Below, piece after piece: positions 46,442-57,060 of a DNA stretch of 64,000 nucleotides (its first letter is position 1; each line of letters opens with the position of its first letter). The translations under genes were made by a program, and so were the position numbers. The notes beneath the pieces were generated by a model. That model searched no databases and was not told where the DNA came from. It was given only the letters and a program-made list of their open reading frames with translations. Where the stretch lies: positions 14,195 to 78,194 of the forward strand of contig JAKUTR010000006.1 of assembly GCA_022448725.1 (NCBI GenBank). The letters are read 5' to 3'. Origin of the DNA: SAR202 cluster bacterium. GTDB lineage: Bacteria; Chloroflexota; Dehalococcoidia; Lucifugimonadales; VXLM01.

Positions 46442-47488
46442 TTGCCGAATGAACTAAGAGGTAAGGCGCAGACGGTACTAGGACTAATTGATCCCCTGAC
46501 TTTGGGGATGACGACAACCCATGAGCACGTGCTCATTGATTTTGTTTGCATGTATGTCCCACCCACAGACGCGACATTGAAGTATCGGGGAGAGGAACAA
46601 GTTGCGCTCCACAATGTTGGTTGGATCCGCTACGACCCGTTTCGTAACCGTGACAATCTTGAACTGATGGACGAGGATACGGCGATTGAGGAGATTGCAC
46701 TTTTCGGAAGGGTCGGTGGGGGAACGATAGTTGACGCAACGACTTTCGGTATTGGACGCGATCCGATGGCTTTGGCCCGCATTGCGCGAGCCACCGGAGT
46801 TAATATTGTGATGGGGGCGGGATACTACGTTGGGTCAGTACATCCTGAAGACATGAAAGATAAGACGGAGGATGTAATCACTCAGCAAATTATTGATGAA
46901 CTCACGGTAGGCACTGATGGAACCGATATAAAGGCGGGAATTATTGGTGAATTGGGATGCTCATGGCCGTTGCAAGATAATGAGCGAAAGGTTTTACGTG
47001 CAGGAGCACGGGCGCAGCAGGAGACTGGGGCGGGGATCTTGATTCACCCTGGTCGTAGTCCCGAAGCTCCGTTCGAAATTCTCAAGGAACTCCAAAGTGC
47101 TGGAGCTGATCTTAGTCGTGTAATTATGGGCCACTTGGACAGGACGGTACTTGAACATGAGACTTTGTTGAAGCTAGCTGCCCAAGGCTCAATGCTTGAG
47201 TACGATTTGTTTGGCTGGGAGACTTCACACTACTCCCTAGGCTCGATTGATATGATGAACGATGGGGAACGAATAGGCTATGTTCAACTTCTAGTAGAAA
47301 ATGGATACACGGACCAACTGGTTCTTGCTCAAGATGTATTCTGTAAGACACGGATAGCAAAATATGGTGGCTATGGGTATGGTCACCTAATTGAGAATAT
47401 CGTTCCACGTCTCCGGCGCCGCATTGGTGATGCTGCAACCGAAACGATTATGGTGGATAACCCAGCTAGGATACTCACATTCATATAG
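46442..47488 (+). CDS. Phosphotriesterase-related (PTER/PHP family) amidohydrolase
   Basis: LGMTTTHEHVLIDF (the HxH metal motif), GIIGELG, ILIHPGRS, MGHLDR, VLAQDV. TTG start 6 nt after AGGAG. Confidence 0.85.
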   Translation: MPNELRGKAQTVLGLIDPLTLGMTTTHEHVLIDFVCMYVPPTDATLKYRGEEQVALHNVGWIRYDPFRNRDNLELMDEDTAIEEIALFGRVGGGTIVDATTFGIGRDPMALARIARATGVNIVMGAGYYVGSVHPEDMKDKTEDVITQQIIDELTVGTDGTDIKAGIIGELGCSWPLQDNERKVLRAGARAQQETGAGILIHPGRSPEAPFEILKELQSAGADLSRVIMGHLDRTVLEHETLLKLAAQGSMLEYDLFGWETSHYSLGSIDMMNDGERIGYVQLLVENGYTDQLVLAQDVFCKTRIAKYGGYGYGHLIENIVPRLRRRIGDAATETIMVDNPARILTFI

Positions 47489-47498
47489 GGAAGGAACT

Positions 47499-47963
47499 AT
47501 GGGGATAGAACAAAAACTGAAGGAACTCGGCATAAAATTGCCACAAGCGCAACCTCCGGCAGCCAATTATGTGCCGGCAGTACGAACAGGCAACTTACTA
47601 TATCTTTCAGGAGTGGGGCCGGCTAAACGACCTGATGGGAGTATTCCGACAGGTAAGGTTGGAGCCGATCTTTCTACAGAAGAAGGATATGAAGCAGCTA
47701 GGCTAGTTGGCCTAAACGTCTTGGCGCGGTTGCGTGATGAAATAGGTAATCTTGATAAGGTCACCCGAATCGTTAAGTTGCTGGGTATGGTCAACTGTAG
47801 TCCTGATTTCAGTGAACATCCTGCAGTTATTAACGGTTGTTCCGACTTGATGGTTGAAGTATTTGAAGAACGTGGTCGACATGCTCGCTCGGCAGTGGGG
47901 ATGCAAGCACTGCCATTTGGAATAGCTGTTGAGATAGAAGCTATTGCTGAGGTTGAAGATTGA
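47499..47963 (+). CDS. RidA/YjgF-family protein
   Basis: Start trimmed to the ATG at 47499 (the track ORF overlaps the PTER gene). YVPAVRTGNLLYLSGVGP and C-terminal RSAVGMQALPFGIAVEIEAIAEV. Confidence 0.8.
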   Translation: MGIEQKLKELGIKLPQAQPPAANYVPAVRTGNLLYLSGVGPAKRPDGSIPTGKVGADLSTEEGYEAARLVGLNVLARLRDEIGNLDKVTRIVKLLGMVNCSPDFSEHPAVINGCSDLMVEVFEERGRHARSAVGMQALPFGIAVEIEAIAEVED

Positions 47964-48019
47964 CAGTCGACCGCTGCCTATAGACCGATACAGGCACGAC
48001 TTAATGTAGTTTAGGAAAC

Positions 48020-48205
48020 TTATACCTTCGACTTGAATTCAGTTCGAAGACACCGAGCGCAGACCTTCATCCGGGTGGGTTCGCCATTTCTTAGCAGGGT
48101 CGTTTTCTGAACGTTCGCAAACCATCGGCGGTTTGTACGACGCTTCGAATGGCTAACGTTATGCCCTGACATACCAGTTTTCCCGCAAATCTCGCACTTT
48201 GCCAT
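48020..48205 (-). CDS. rpmB: 50S ribosomal protein L28
   Basis: 61 aa. [34 protein letters not shown] is the L28 signature. Confidence 0.93.
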   Translation of the reverse strand: MAKCEICGKTGMSGHNVSHSKRRTNRRWFANVQKTTLLRNGEPTRMKVCARCLRTEFKSKV

Positions 48206-48207
48206 CT

Positions 48208-48237
48208 TTGACTGTCCTGATGTTGGTTAAGTAGAAT
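48208..48237 (+). promoter_or_regulatory. Candidate promoter for the DAK2/DegV operon
   Basis: TTGACT (48208-48213), 18-nt spacer, TAGAAT (48232-48237). Sits in the divergent region next to rpmB. Confidence 0.4.
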
Positions 48238-48309
48238 CGTGCCGCGTAGCGCACTCATCGAGTTCGTCACGACACCGTATACGATTATACCAGAGTTCGA
48301 AAAGCGACT

Positions 48310-49968
48310 GTGGCTAATATCCAATCCCAAAGTCCAATATCTGACTCAGCGACCGGCGCGGAACTCGCCGGTATGTTCGAAGCTGCTACTAATCTTCTTC
48401 AACAACATGTTGATGAAATAAATGCCTTAAACGTATTCCCGGTGCCAGATGGCGATACAGGGACAAATATGTTCCTAACGATGCAGAGCGGTGTACAGGG
48501 AATCAACGATACGCAAGCGGAAACAGTTAGTGAAGTAGCTACTGCAATGTACCGCGGTACTTTTATGGGAGCACGGGGGAACAGCGGAGTTATCCTTTCC
48601 CAATTTCTGAAGGGGTTAGCTGACGGGTTTGATGGGCTTGAAACATTTAGGGTCAAAGACATCGTTATAGCTTACGAACGGGCTCGCCAATGTGCCTACC
48701 AATCGGTCGGTAAGCCGGTTGAAGGAACAATGCTGACTGTAATATCCAGTATCGCTGACTCTGCTAAGTCGATCGAGCTATCTGGTGGCAACTTGAATGA
48801 TCTTCATGAAGCAGTCTGCATTGCCGCAAGGAATAGCGTCGCTGAGACACCTACTTTGCTAAGTACTCTCCGCGAAGCGGGAGTGGTGGACGCCGGTGGC
48901 CAAGGTCTAGTTGTGATTCTTGAAGGGCTTCGAAGGTACGTAACCGGTCAAGGGATGGAAGGACTCAAACTTGAAATGATCGAACCTTCAAGCCTGGAGA
49001 GTGCCGATGGTGTGGTCTCCGAAGAGTTCCTAACTGAACATGAGGAAGACGAATACGGATACTGTACACAGTTTGTGATCCAGGGAGACGCACTAGATCT
49101 CAAGCAGATTCGGTCTCAATTGGATGAGATAGCTCACTCGACTGTGGTCGTTGGTGACGAATTTGCAATCATGGTCCATGCACATGCCGACGATCCTGGG
49201 AACCTTATCTCCATGGGGGTATCGAACGGCCAACTGAGTAAAATCAAGATTGAGAATATGGACGTACAGCATAATGCGTTTACAGCAGCACGCAGAGATG
49301 AAATGGAGACGTTCACCTCTTCTGTTGTTGCTGTTGCTGCGGGCCCGGGTATAAGTGACATATTCCGTGAACTTGGGGTTTCAGAACTTATTGTTGGCGG
49401 AGATACGATGAATCCTAGTGTCGGCGAGATCGTTTCAGCGATTGCCAAAGCACCATCAGAAACCGTCTTTGTCTTGCCTAACAATAAGAATATTGTTCCG
49501 GCAGCAAGAGCAGCGGCAGAGCAGTCGCCAAAGATTGTGAATGTTCTTGAGACCTTGACTATCCCACAAGGCATATCCGCTATGTTTTCCTTTGATCTTC
49601 AGGCTGATGTTGATACAAACAGCGTCGCTATGTCTGCAGCAATGACTGATATCAAATCAGCTGCAGTCACAGTTGCAGTTAGAGATGCAACGATCGACGG
49701 GATATCGACTAAAGAAGGACAATATATTGGTTTGCTTGAAGGCGACATTGTGATTGTTGGTGATGACATCAAGAAACTAACTTTGGGTCTTCTGGGCAAT
49801 GTCGGAGTGGATGATGGTAGTCTTGTTACCTTGTACCAAGGTGACCAACTGAGTGAAAATAACGCTGATGTGATTGGTGGAGCGGTAATTGATGCATTCC
49901 AAGGAGCCGAAGTAGAGGTTGTTCAAGGTGGCCAGTCACACTACCACCTAATCATTTCTATAGAGTGA
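48310..49968 (+). CDS. DAK2 domain fusion protein (YloV family)
   Basis: 552 aa. LNVFPVPDGDTGTNM, ARGNSGVILSQ and DAGGQGL are the Dak2 phosphatase-domain signatures. GTG start. Confidence 0.9.
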   Translation: MANIQSQSPISDSATGAELAGMFEAATNLLQQHVDEINALNVFPVPDGDTGTNMFLTMQSGVQGINDTQAETVSEVATAMYRGTFMGARGNSGVILSQFLKGLADGFDGLETFRVKDIVIAYERARQCAYQSVGKPVEGTMLTVISSIADSAKSIELSGGNLNDLHEAVCIAARNSVAETPTLLSTLREAGVVDAGGQGLVVILEGLRRYVTGQGMEGLKLEMIEPSSLESADGVVSEEFLTEHEEDEYGYCTQFVIQGDALDLKQIRSQLDEIAHSTVVVGDEFAIMVHAHADDPGNLISMGVSNGQLSKIKIENMDVQHNAFTAARRDEMETFTSSVVAVAAGPGISDIFRELGVSELIVGGDTMNPSVGEIVSAIAKAPSETVFVLPNNKNIVPAARAAAEQSPKIVNVLETLTIPQGISAMFSFDLQADVDTNSVAMSAAMTDIKSAAVTVAVRDATIDGISTKEGQYIGLLEGDIVIVGDDIKKLTLGLLGNVGVDDGSLVTLYQGDQLSENNADVIGGAVIDAFQGAEVEVVQGGQSHYHLIISIE

Positions 49969-49974
49969 GGTTAT

Positions 49975-50820
49975 ATGACAATTAAAATTGTTACCGATAG
50001 TGCTTCAGACATGCCGGTCGAATTGGCTGATAGCTTGGGGATTGAAGTGGTGCCTGTTAACGTTATCTTTGGGCCTGAACAATTTAAAGACGGAGTAGAA
50101 CTATCGGCTGATGATTTTTATGAACGTCTTATCGACGGTGAGCATCATCCGACGACCTCGGCGCCATCTATCGGCGAGGTTGTTCAAATTTATGAGAAAC
50201 TAGGCCAGGATGCAGATGGGATTGTGTCAATTCATGTCTCATCTAAACTAAGCGCAACATATGGTGTTGCGGAGCAGGCTGCAGCCCAGGCAAGCGTGGA
50301 CTGTCCGATCAAGGTTATCGACTCATTGCAAGCTTCACAAGGGGTTGCTATGAGCGTGATCGCAGCTGCTAAAGTTGCCAATTCCGGAGCTGGCTTAGAT
50401 GCAGTAGTTTCTACGGCAATGAGTACTGTGGAGCGTTCTCAGTGTTTTGTTTTATTAGACACGTTGGAGTTTTTACAACGCGGTGGCCGTATCGGAAAAG
50501 CTAGAGCGCTGATTGGGACTTTGTTACGTATAAAACCCATGATTATTGTGCGCGAAGGGGAAGTAGATACGCTAGGTAAAGCTAGGACCTATAGTAAAGG
50601 TGTTGAGTTTCTTAAGAATACAGCTGAAGGTTTTGGGGATGCTGATGAAATTTCGGTAATTTACAGTACTGAAAAAGAAGTTGCGGAGCAATTAGCACGC
50701 TCGCTAAGCGATTTACTCCCTGAAGGTAAAGAGCCGTTCATCGCCCGGATTGGTCCTGGGGTGGGCACCCATGGCGGACCAAGAATTGTGGGAGTCGCAT
50801 TACTACAATCTGCGGTGTGA
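49975..50820 (+). CDS. DegV family (fatty-acid-binding) protein
   Basis: IKIVTDSASDMP N-terminus, TSAPSIGE, SSKLSATY, LEFLQRGGRIGKA. Starts 6 nt after the DAK2 gene. Confidence 0.9.
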   Translation: MTIKIVTDSASDMPVELADSLGIEVVPVNVIFGPEQFKDGVELSADDFYERLIDGEHHPTTSAPSIGEVVQIYEKLGQDADGIVSIHVSSKLSATYGVAEQAAAQASVDCPIKVIDSLQASQGVAMSVIAAAKVANSGAGLDAVVSTAMSTVERSQCFVLLDTLEFLQRGGRIGKARALIGTLLRIKPMIIVREGEVDTLGKARTYSKGVEFLKNTAEGFGDADEISVIYSTEKEVAEQLARSLSDLLPEGKEPFIARIGPGVGTHGGPRIVGVALLQSAV

Positions 50821-50930
50821 ACGCTCCCTCGAACGAATCTTCATAAACCCCGTCACGGTTATATACATTTACATCTATGGCCACGCTATATCCAGGCCTT
50901 AAGGGTAGAAGAGCGGTACCACGAGTTTGC

Positions 50931-51623
50931 CTAGAAGAAGCGGTATTTTAGAAGGGTATAGATTGTTTCAACCCCATCGATCCACGAGATTTTTTTACCT
51001 TCGTGAACTGTCCTAGGAGTGTATGAGATAGGTACTTCCAATATTGAGTGTCCAGATTTCAGTAATTTTGCAGTGATCTCAGCTTCAATGTCGAACCCAA
51101 CGCTACGTAGGGTGATGCTTTTGATCACTTTAGTACGAAAGACTTTATATGCTGTTTCCATGTCTGTGAGGTTCCCTCTATATAGAAGATTACTCAGCCC
51201 AGTGAGGAACCTATTCGCGACCTTACGGAACAGTGGAATGTTTGTGATGGGCCGCCGAGCGAATCTAGATCCATAGACGACATCTGTCTTGCCTTCGATG
51301 ATGGGTTGAATTAACTGTATGTATTCGTTCGGGTTTAGTTCCAAATCAGCATCCTGAATAATAACCATGTCACCGGTGACGTATTCAAGACCAAATCGTA
51401 TCGCCGCTCCTTTTCCGAGATTGATCATTGACGTATGAATTTTTGTAGTACTTCCTGCTTCATTGGCCTTCTCGATAATCTGGGGTGATTGATCTGTACA
51501 GCCATCGTCTGCCACGATGATTTCTTTCTCGATGTCACCGAGATGTACACCGTTAACGAGGTCGATGACTTCAGCAATGGTCGACTCTTCATTGTAGACC
51601 GGTATGATGATCGAGAGTTTCAT
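50931..51623 (-). CDS. Family 2 glycosyltransferase (polyprenyl-phosphate sugar synthase-like)
   Basis: LSIIIPVYNEESTI, ADDGCTDQS, IQDADLE (DxD), YGSRF. Confidence 0.88.
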   Translation of the reverse strand: MKLSIIIPVYNEESTIAEVIDLVNGVHLGDIEKEIIVADDGCTDQSPQIIEKANEAGSTTKIHTSMINLGKGAAIRFGLEYVTGDMVIIQDADLELNPNEYIQLIQPIIEGKTDVVYGSRFARRPITNIPLFRKVANRFLTGLSNLLYRGNLTDMETAYKVFRTKVIKSITLRSVGFDIEAEITAKLLKSGHSILEVPISYTPRTVHEGKKISWIDGVETIYTLLKYRFF

Positions 51624-51915
51624 GATGGTTACGCCAACTATAAGGAACGTGGGCCTCTATCTCAACGGTATATGGCCATAGTTTAGTTAGTGTTTCTAGT
51701 TGGCTATTTGGACCACCATACAACATAGGAGACTGATTCCGGGGAGGAACTTGGACAAAAGAGTATCGCTTGCCGATCCCCCGAGGCTATAAAGATTATC
51801 AATATGGGTCTCAAACAGGTACTTATCAAACTCAGGAAAATACGTCATGCCTTTCACCGTTGACACTGATCTTGCTGAAGCCGATACTCTCACAGGCTTT
51901 GATATGAGGTGATAT

Positions 51916-54015
51916 GTGACCAAACAGGCTGGACAATACAGAGTAGCTGCCGATATTGGAGGTACCTTCACAGATGTCGTGCTGCTTGCCCCTTCAGGCA
52001 ACTATTGGACTAAGAAAGTTTCCTCGACACCTCAAGATTACGGTGAAGGTATAGCGGCCGCGATAATACAAATCCTTACTGACAACAGTGTTAGTAATAG
52101 TGCTGTAGACGAGATTGTTCACGGTACTACTGTAGCTACAAACACCGTTCTTGAGAGTAAAGGTGCTAAGACCGGATTGATCACGACGAAAGGGTTTCGT
52201 GACGTGTTGGAGATGCGGCGTCTACGTGTTCCTTCACTTTACAGTCTGCTGTATGACCCGCCTAAACCCTTGGTGAAACGCCGTTGGCGAATGGAGGTCA
52301 ACGAGCGCATCAGTGCCGATGGAGAAGTGTTAGTACCTTTGGACGAAAGTTCTTTAGGCTTGGTGATCGATCGTTTCCAAGAGGAAGATGTTCAGGCGAT
52401 TGCGGTCAGTTTGTTGCACTCTTATCGATATCAACAACATGAACGCAGGGTAGGGGATCTCATACGGCAAGCTATTCCTGATGCTTTTGTAACTCTTTCC
52501 GTCGATGTGTTACCAGAAATACGAGAGTATGAGCGGACTAGCACGACCGTTATCAATGCTTATCTCGGCCCCACGGTTAAGCACTACATAGACTCGCTGG
52601 TTTCCCGGGCCCAATGTGCAGGTATAGATGCACCAATTCGAATAATGCAATCCAATGGAGGCATAATGTCGGCTAGGACAGCGGCTGAGACTCCAGTCCA
52701 GATGCTGGAATCTGGTCCGGCTGCTGGTGTGGTCGCAGCACATGAACTGGGGATGCGACTTGGAATCGGTAACATCATCAGTTTTGATATGGGGGGGACT
52801 ACCGCTAAAGCAGCACTCATTGAGAATGGTGAAGTGAGCTTCACCACGGAGTATGAGGTGGGGTCTGGGATTTCGCTTTCGAGCCAACTCATCAAGGGAG
52901 GTGGTCATGCTGTCAAGGTGCCGGTAATTGACTTGGCTGAAGTCGGTGCTGGCGGAGGGAGCATTGTGTGGGTAGATCCCGGAGGAGCACTGAAAGTTGG
53001 ACCACAAAGTGCGGGAGCAAGTCCTGGACCTGCTTCCTACGCGGCAGGAGGTAGGGATGCAACAGTCACCGATGCTAATGTCGTGCTTGGCTATATTAAC
53101 CCACGTCAGCTTGCTGGGGGTGAAGTTAGCCTTCAACCTGAACTCGCCTGCTCATCTGTGAGAGAGATAGCAGCTGATCCGCTAGGTATGTCACTCCATG
53201 ATGCAGCTTATGGAATTCATACGGTAGCAAACGTTACCATGATCCGCGCCATTCGTGCTGTGTCTACTTCTCGCGGGCGGGACCCACGCGATTTTGCGAT
53301 GGTAGTGTTTGGAGGCAGCGGACCTATCCACGCAGCTAACATGGCTCGTGAGATGAGTATCTCAACAGTCATTGTTCCTCCTGCACCTGGGGTTTTTTCT
53401 GCAGTCGGTTTGCTGGAGGCGCGTCCTGAGCATCACTTTGTACAAACTTTCATCACTCCCGTGTCGAATATTGACCTTGAGGCAATCAATGAAGCGCTCA
53501 ATGTAATGGTTAAGCGTGCGTCGATATCTTTAGCCGAAGATGGTTATGGAGTGGATCAAGTTCGATGGACCCGACAGTTAGATATTCGCTACATAGGACA
53601 AGCGCATGAATTGACTGTTCGTACCCATGCATCTTTTATTGATTCGCTGGGGATGGAGAAGATGGTCGAAAGCTTTCACTCGGACCACGATCGTACCTAT
53701 GGTCATCAGGCTCCCGAGGAGCCTGTAGAGGTGGTGAATTTGAGACTCAGTGCCCGCAGTACGGTTGGTAACGTTATGCCGCTCAGATCACTTGATGATC
53801 GTAGTAGTGACGAGGCGGTGCGGGATGCTTACTTCGGGCCTCTGCAGGGCATACTTTCTACACCTGTCGTAGGACGCGGATCACTCACGAGTGATTCCAG
53901 AGACGGGCCTATTATTATTGAAGAGTACGATGCCACGACAGTTGTTCCACCAGGGTGTACGGTCGAAATTGACGCCGAAAACAACATGGTGATCAAGGTT
54001 GGCTCGGATGAATGA
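51916..54015 (+). CDS. Hydantoinase/oxoprolinase A-family protein (HyuA-like)
   Basis: 699 aa. RVAADIGGTFTDVV, ISFDMGGTTAKAALI, AEVGAGGGSI. GTG start after AGGTGA. No HyuB partner adjacent. Confidence 0.88.
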   Translation: MTKQAGQYRVAADIGGTFTDVVLLAPSGNYWTKKVSSTPQDYGEGIAAAIIQILTDNSVSNSAVDEIVHGTTVATNTVLESKGAKTGLITTKGFRDVLEMRRLRVPSLYSLLYDPPKPLVKRRWRMEVNERISADGEVLVPLDESSLGLVIDRFQEEDVQAIAVSLLHSYRYQQHERRVGDLIRQAIPDAFVTLSVDVLPEIREYERTSTTVINAYLGPTVKHYIDSLVSRAQCAGIDAPIRIMQSNGGIMSARTAAETPVQMLESGPAAGVVAAHELGMRLGIGNIISFDMGGTTAKAALIENGEVSFTTEYEVGSGISLSSQLIKGGGHAVKVPVIDLAEVGAGGGSIVWVDPGGALKVGPQSAGASPGPASYAAGGRDATVTDANVVLGYINPRQLAGGEVSLQPELACSSVREIAADPLGMSLHDAAYGIHTVANVTMIRAIRAVSTSRGRDPRDFAMVVFGGSGPIHAANMAREMSISTVIVPPAPGVFSAVGLLEARPEHHFVQTFITPVSNIDLEAINEALNVMVKRASISLAEDGYGVDQVRWTRQLDIRYIGQAHELTVRTHASFIDSLGMEKMVESFHSDHDRTYGHQAPEEPVEVVNLRLSARSTVGNVMPLRSLDDRSSDEAVRDAYFGPLQGILSTPVVGRGSLTSDSRDGPIIIEEYDATTVVPPGCTVEIDAENNMVIKVGSDE

Positions 54016-54090
54016 GCTAACAGAGTAAATGTAATAGCTCGCTATAGTGCTAGATGGTTGGTATCGATTGTTTTCATTGGGGGAGTGGGA

Positions 54091-55680
54091 ATGGGCTTTG
54101 ACCTAATAATCCAGGGGGGAACGGTTGTTGATGGTACTGGCGGAGCTAGTTATTGCGCAGACGTGGGTATCAAAAACGGCCAGATTACCGGAATTGGCGA
54201 TCTGTCAGCTTCAGAATGTCCAACGGTTTTGAATGCTACTAACTTAGTTGTCGCACCTGGATTCATCGATATACATAGCCACTCAGATTTCACAGTGCTG
54301 GTTGATCCAAGAGCACAAAGTTCTATTTACCAGGGCATAACTACTGAACTTATTGGTAATTGTGGGCACGGGTGTGCCCCAATTACAGCCCCTGATCAGT
54401 TCATCGGCAACATCTATGGTTACACCACTGATCTTTCGATCGATTGGCATTCATACAAAGAGTATACCGAACGGTTGGTAGACGTACGTCCGGCTATCAA
54501 TTTAGCTCCGTTGATCCCTAACGGCAATCTTCGTATTGCTAGTGTGTCGGATCATACCCGACCTTCTACTGGTAGTGAAATTGTGACAATGGTCAACGTA
54601 TTAGAAGAAGCGATGCAGCAAGGTGCGTACGGTTATTCAAGTGGTCTTGATAGTGCTGTGGAAAAGGAGAGTTCTCAGCTAGAGCTTATAGAACTAGCTA
54701 AAGTGGTTGCTAAACACGACGGTATTTATGCCTGCCACACTCGAAATAAGGAAGTGGAAGCGGTAGAGGCAATTGAGGAAGCGATTGACGTTGCTGAATC
54801 TTCAGGCTCGGCCCTGCAAATTTCCCATATTATTCCACGTAGAGGAGGTGCCATCGGTGCTCGTGAGCGAGCTATTCAAGCTATGGAAACCGCATTGGAC
54901 CGTGGTTTAGATGTGGGTTTTGACCAACACACTCGGGAACATGGCATAACGAATCTAAGTGCGGCACTTCCACCTGGATCTCTCGCCGGTGGTATCGCGA
55001 GAAATTCCGCTCTATTAAAAGAATCATATTTCCGTGACTCTGTTAGAGCTCATGAAAGTCTTATAGCAAGTTTTGGGCGAGGAGGTTGGGATCATGTTTA
55101 CGTGTATAGAGCTGATCTCCAGAACCATTTAGTTGGGAAATCCATAGCTGATCTAACATCTTCGAATTACGATGCTTGGGATGTGATTCTAGACATATTG
55201 CTAGCACATGTGGAAAAAATGGAAAACCCAATGGTGGTGTGTCATTCATATACGCGACAAGAGATAAAGGAAACCCTCCTACACCCAATGTGTACTGTTG
55301 GCTCTGATGCTACTGCTCTTTGTTCTGATGGCCCCCTGTCTGGGACGGATTTCCCGGGCTCTTATACTTGGGCGGCGTGGTTCTACAGACATTTTGTTAC
55401 AGAGGCTTCTGATCTGACGCTTGAACAGGCTGTGCGGAAACTAACAGGCCAACCTGCAGAAAGACTTGGTATCCACGGCCGGGGCCGTCTTCAATTAGGA
55501 GCTCACGCCGACGTGGCTGTTTTTGACCCCGTGTCCTTCCGACCAATGGGGACTTTCGACAACCCGAGTGTACTTGCTGAAGGAATGGCCCACGTAGTTG
55601 TCAACGGTGGAGTGGCTCTCAGAGATGGAGTAGAGACAGGAGCTAGGTTTGGTCGGGTGCTGCGAAAGGGTAGTGCTTGA
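54091..55680 (+). CDS. N-acyl-D-amino-acid deacylase (D-aminoacylase) family amidohydrolase
   Basis: Start trimmed to the ATG at 54091. FDLIIQGGTVVDGTG, PGFIDIHSHSD, LQISHI, GSDA, and C-terminal HVVVNGGVALRDG. Confidence 0.85.
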   Translation: MGFDLIIQGGTVVDGTGGASYCADVGIKNGQITGIGDLSASECPTVLNATNLVVAPGFIDIHSHSDFTVLVDPRAQSSIYQGITTELIGNCGHGCAPITAPDQFIGNIYGYTTDLSIDWHSYKEYTERLVDVRPAINLAPLIPNGNLRIASVSDHTRPSTGSEIVTMVNVLEEAMQQGAYGYSSGLDSAVEKESSQLELIELAKVVAKHDGIYACHTRNKEVEAVEAIEEAIDVAESSGSALQISHIIPRRGGAIGARERAIQAMETALDRGLDVGFDQHTREHGITNLSAALPPGSLAGGIARNSALLKESYFRDSVRAHESLIASFGRGGWDHVYVYRADLQNHLVGKSIADLTSSNYDAWDVILDILLAHVEKMENPMVVCHSYTRQEIKETLLHPMCTVGSDATALCSDGPLSGTDFPGSYTWAAWFYRHFVTEASDLTLEQAVRKLTGQPAERLGIHGRGRLQLGAHADVAVFDPVSFRPMGTFDNPSVLAEGMAHVVVNGGVALRDGVETGARFGRVLRKGSA

Positions 55681-55681
55681 G

Positions 55682-57049
55682 ATGGCTGGTCGGTTGCTCC
55701 CCCAGTTCCTAACGGAATGGAATCGACGGGTCTGGGTCATCGCGATCCCGATGGTTTTAGCGAACGTGACGACTCCATTATTGGGTATTGCAGACACGGC
55801 GGTGATTGGACACTTGCCGGACCCGATTTATCTTGGGGCAGTGTCGGTGGGGGCAACTATTTTCAGCCTTTTCTTCTGGGGCTTTGGGTTTCTCCGTATG
55901 GGCACAACAGGTCTTACAGCCCAAGCATACGGTGCCTCTAATACAAGGCAGGTCCGATCTGTAATGGTTTGGGCGATGATTATCTCTGTCTCCGCAGGGG
56001 TACTACTTATTGCTGCCCGACCATTGTTTGCTTCCTTAGTGTTTCCTTTGATCAATCCGAGTGATGATGTTGAGGCTAGCGCACGGATCTACGTTTCAAT
56101 CCGTATGTGGGGAGCGCCGGCGGTACTAATCGGCCACTCGTTTGTTGGATGGAGTCTCGGGATACAGCGAACGGATCTAACGCTGGTAGTGATGGCGTTC
56201 ACAAATATCGTTAACATCTTCCTCGATGTTTTGTTCGTAATAGGCTTAGGCTGGGGGGTTGAAGGTGTAGCAATTGGGACAGTGCTGGCTGAGTGGGTCG
56301 CTGTTTTGGTAGTGATCTATGTGACTACTAAGGTACTTCGCAAAGACTTTCCAGGACAATGGACTACGTCTGAGATCTTCGATACGAGTATCTTGCGACA
56401 ATTCTTCACAGTAAATTTGGACATCTTTTTACGGACCTTGGCCCTGATTGCTGCGATGCTGTGGTTCACCAATCGAAGTGCCCAGCTTGGTGATATTGTG
56501 TTGGCAGCAAACGCCGTTCTTCTGAATTTTACAATGTTCACAGCATTTTTCCTCGACGGGATAGCTTTCGCAGCTGAGGCACTTGTTGGCGAAGCTAAGG
56601 GAGCTCGTGATTCTGGGGCTTTTCAAAAGGCTGTCATTGTGTCTGCGGGATGGTCGCTCTTCTTTGCAGTGGTGGGGGCGTTAGTTTACCTGGTTGCAGG
56701 GCCAGTCATTATCGCTGCGCTTACAGATATTCAAGCTGTGCGAACCGAGGCGAACCGATATTTGCCGTGGGTGGTTGGTCTTCCTCTTCTCGCAGTTTGG
56801 CCATTTCTTTTTGATGGGATCTTTATCGGGGCAACACGTACAGTTGCCATGCGTAATGGTATGTGGGTGTCTTTTGCTGGATTCATTGCTTTGACAGTAG
56901 TAGTTGTTCCGCTTTGGCAGAACCACGGCCTGTGGTTAGCGTTCGCACTATTTATGGTTCTACGTGCGTTAACCTTGGCTGTACGGTTCCCGGCATTGGC
57001 GCGCTCAATTACAGATGGGGAACATACTAGTAAAGTCTCGTCTATCTGA
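55682..57049 (+). CDS. MATE-family efflux transporter (DinF-like)
   Basis: Start trimmed to the ATG at 55682, 2 nt after the preceding stop. 12 TM segments. IAIPMVLANVTTPLLGIADTAVIGHL is a typical MATE N-terminus. Confidence 0.88.
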   Translation: MAGRLLPQFLTEWNRRVWVIAIPMVLANVTTPLLGIADTAVIGHLPDPIYLGAVSVGATIFSLFFWGFGFLRMGTTGLTAQAYGASNTRQVRSVMVWAMIISVSAGVLLIAARPLFASLVFPLINPSDDVEASARIYVSIRMWGAPAVLIGHSFVGWSLGIQRTDLTLVVMAFTNIVNIFLDVLFVIGLGWGVEGVAIGTVLAEWVAVLVVIYVTTKVLRKDFPGQWTTSEIFDTSILRQFFTVNLDIFLRTLALIAAMLWFTNRSAQLGDIVLAANAVLLNFTMFTAFFLDGIAFAAEALVGEAKGARDSGAFQKAVIVSAGWSLFFAVVGALVYLVAGPVIIAALTDIQAVRTEANRYLPWVVGLPLLAVWPFLFDGIFIGATRTVAMRNGMWVSFAGFIALTVVVVPLWQNHGLWLAFALFMVLRALTLAVRFPALARSITDGEHTSKVSSI

Positions 57050-57060
57050 AATCCAACAGT

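Noticed and set aside
51696-52001. 101-aa minus-strand ORF spanning the hyuA upstream region and start
   Set aside because: It overlaps the well-supported HyuA N-terminus (RVAADIGGTFTDV) in antisense and has no motif or RBS.
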